Source: Methanothrix sp. (GTDB lineage Archaea > Halobacteriota > Methanosarcinia > Methanotrichales > Methanotrichaceae). From it: a DNA stretch of 64,000 bases. Positions 62,771 to 64,000 of the stretch are shown in pieces. Location: the NCBI GenBank assembly GCA_963682135.1, contig OY821645.1:1440001-1504000 (forward strand), given 5' to 3'. The position numbers and the translations under genes were made by a program. Position 1 is the stretch's first letter. Every line of letters starts with the position of its first letter. Under the pieces are notes generated by a model that did no database searches, was not told the DNA's origin, and was given only the letters and a program-made list of their open reading frames with translations.

Positions 62771-63831
62771 ATTTCCTGAAAAGCGGAAAGGAAGCGGTCG
62801 TTCTCAGAAGGCGTTCCAACGGTCACGCGGGCATGATGCTCGCCTGCCCCCCAAAAGGAGCGACAATCTCGAATGATGATGCCTCGGGCCAGAAATCTCT
62901 CCACATACTCGCGGGAGTCCTGCTCCGTCTCCAGGTAAAGGAAGTTGGCCTGAGAGGGGTGCGCCCCTATAACCTTTTGCAACCGCAGCCGCTCCGATTT
63001 TATCTTTTCCACGCAGCTTCGCATGAATGGCAGATCAGAGAGAGCCGCAGCACCAGCCGCGACTGTTGCACAGCTGATGCCGTAGAAGGGGGGCGCAGCT
63101 CTCCTGTATTGGTCAGCTATCCACCGGGGCGCGACGGCATAGCCCAGACGCATGCCGGCCAGACCAAAGGCTTTGGACAATGTGCGGCCCACAATCAGGT
63201 TGTCGTACTGCTCCACCAGTCGGATGAGACTCTTGTCTGCGAATTCCACATAAGCCTCATCCAGGAACACAATTGCCCCTGTGCACTCCAGCAGAGCGGA
63301 AACCTCCTCCTCGCTCATCACATTGCCGGTGGGATTGTTGGGAGAGCAGAGAAAGGCCATCTTTATGTCCGGCGGCATATCGCCTGCAATCTCAAAATGA
63401 GGGCCCCGGGACGAGAGCAAAGGCGTGGCTCCGGCAGTAATGGTCAATATCTCATAGTAGCTGAAGGTTGGTGTGGGAATGAACGTCCGATCGCCCTTTT
63501 CCAAGAAGAGGCGGGTCAGGGTGTCCATAACACCATCCATGCCCGCTCCGATGATTACCATCTCTTCGGGAAAGCCGGTATAGGCAGCGATGCCCGCGAT
63601 CAGCTCCTCGGGTTCAGGGTATCTCTCTGGAGAGATGCCGGCCAAAGCCTGCGCTACCTTGGGGCTGGGTCCATAGGGATTTTCGTTGCTGCCCAGCTTC
63701 ACAATCGCCTCCGGTGCGATCCCGTATTTGCGGGAGATCTCTCCGAAACCTTTGCCTGCTACATAGGGCTTGAGCTGACCTAAAGCTGGCCGAAGCTTCG
63801 AGCTGCGCCAGGAATCAGAGTGACTCTCCAA
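62764..63831 (-). CDS. hisC: Histidinol-phosphate aminotransferase
   Basis: KLGSNENPYG, SPNNPTG, DEAY.EF, RTLSKAFGLAG.RLGY. Confidence 0.95.
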   Translation of the reverse strand: MESHSDSWRSSKLRPALGQLKPYVAGKGFGEISRKYGIAPEAIVKLGSNENPYGPSPKVAQALAGISPERYPEPEELIAGIAAYTGFPEEMVIIGAGMDGVMDTLTRLFLEKGDRTFIPTPTFSYYEILTITAGATPLLSSRGPHFEIAGDMPPDIKMAFLCSPNNPTGNVMSEEEVSALLECTGAIVFLDEAYVEFADKSLIRLVEQYDNLIVGRTLSKAFGLAGMRLGYAVAPRWIADQYRRAAPPFYGISCATVAAGAAALSDLPFMRSCVEKIKSERLRLQKVIGAHPSQANFLYLETEQDSREYVERFLARGIIIRDCRSFWGAGEHHARVTVGTPSENDRFLSAFQEIC

Positions 63832-64000
63832 TCACACTCACCACTTTATCGATTTCATCTTTTCCGACAACCAGAGGCGGTATAAAGCGCAGGGTGTGCT
63901 CGCCTGTGCTGTTGAGCAGAACTCCCTTTGCCAGAGCCTTTTCGACCAATGCCTTGCAGTCCGCGTCCAGGTCAAGGCCTACCATCAATCCCAGACCGCG
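63815..64000 (-). CDS. argD: Class III aminotransferase C-terminus (probable acetylornithine aminotransferase), partial
   Basis: RGLGLMVGLDL...GVLLNSTGEHTLRFIPPLVV; runs off the window end. Confidence 0.8.
   Translation of the reverse strand, partial: RGLGLMVGLDLDADCKALVEKALAKGVLLNSTGEHTLRFIPPLVVGKDEIDKVVSVIGESL

Noticed and set aside
62758-63783. 341-aa antisense ORF opposite hisC, and similar antisense ORFs over nif, amtB, thermosome and NosD genes
   Set aside because: Shadow ORFs that fully overlap well-supported genes.

Overview
Archaeal methanogen DNA, most consistent with a Methanothrix (Methanosaeta)-like member of the Methanosarcinia. This is inferred from MC1, the thermosome, AglB, AhbB and the CobZ/CobS/CobY genes. 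Positions 1-5.6 kb hold an IS cluster: a 5'-truncated IS1634, an IS66 interrupted by an IS5-family element, an intact IS256, and a SIR2-like gene stump. Positions 5.9-17 kb carry the Mo-nitrogenase operon nifH-I1-I2-D-K-E-N, a PPOX-class F420-type gene, modBC and amtB-glnK. Positions 17-41 kb and 50-64 kb are mostly housekeeping genes (cobalamin, CoA, aspS, purC, thermosome, AglB, heme, hisC, argD). Two loci stand out as unexplained systems. The first is an operon of two giant (about 1210 and 1333 aa) signal-less, beta-rich proteins of unknown function plus a third small gene, at 41.3-49.6 kb. The second is an operon of a KaiC-like ATPase, a small membrane protein and an SLC5-STAC-2xDUF835 fusion at 32.1-36.2 kb, which looks like a CrbS-type solute sensor wired to a KaiC-family output. 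No rRNA, tRNA or CRISPR array was recognised. All family calls come from motif recognition by eye; no database searches were run.
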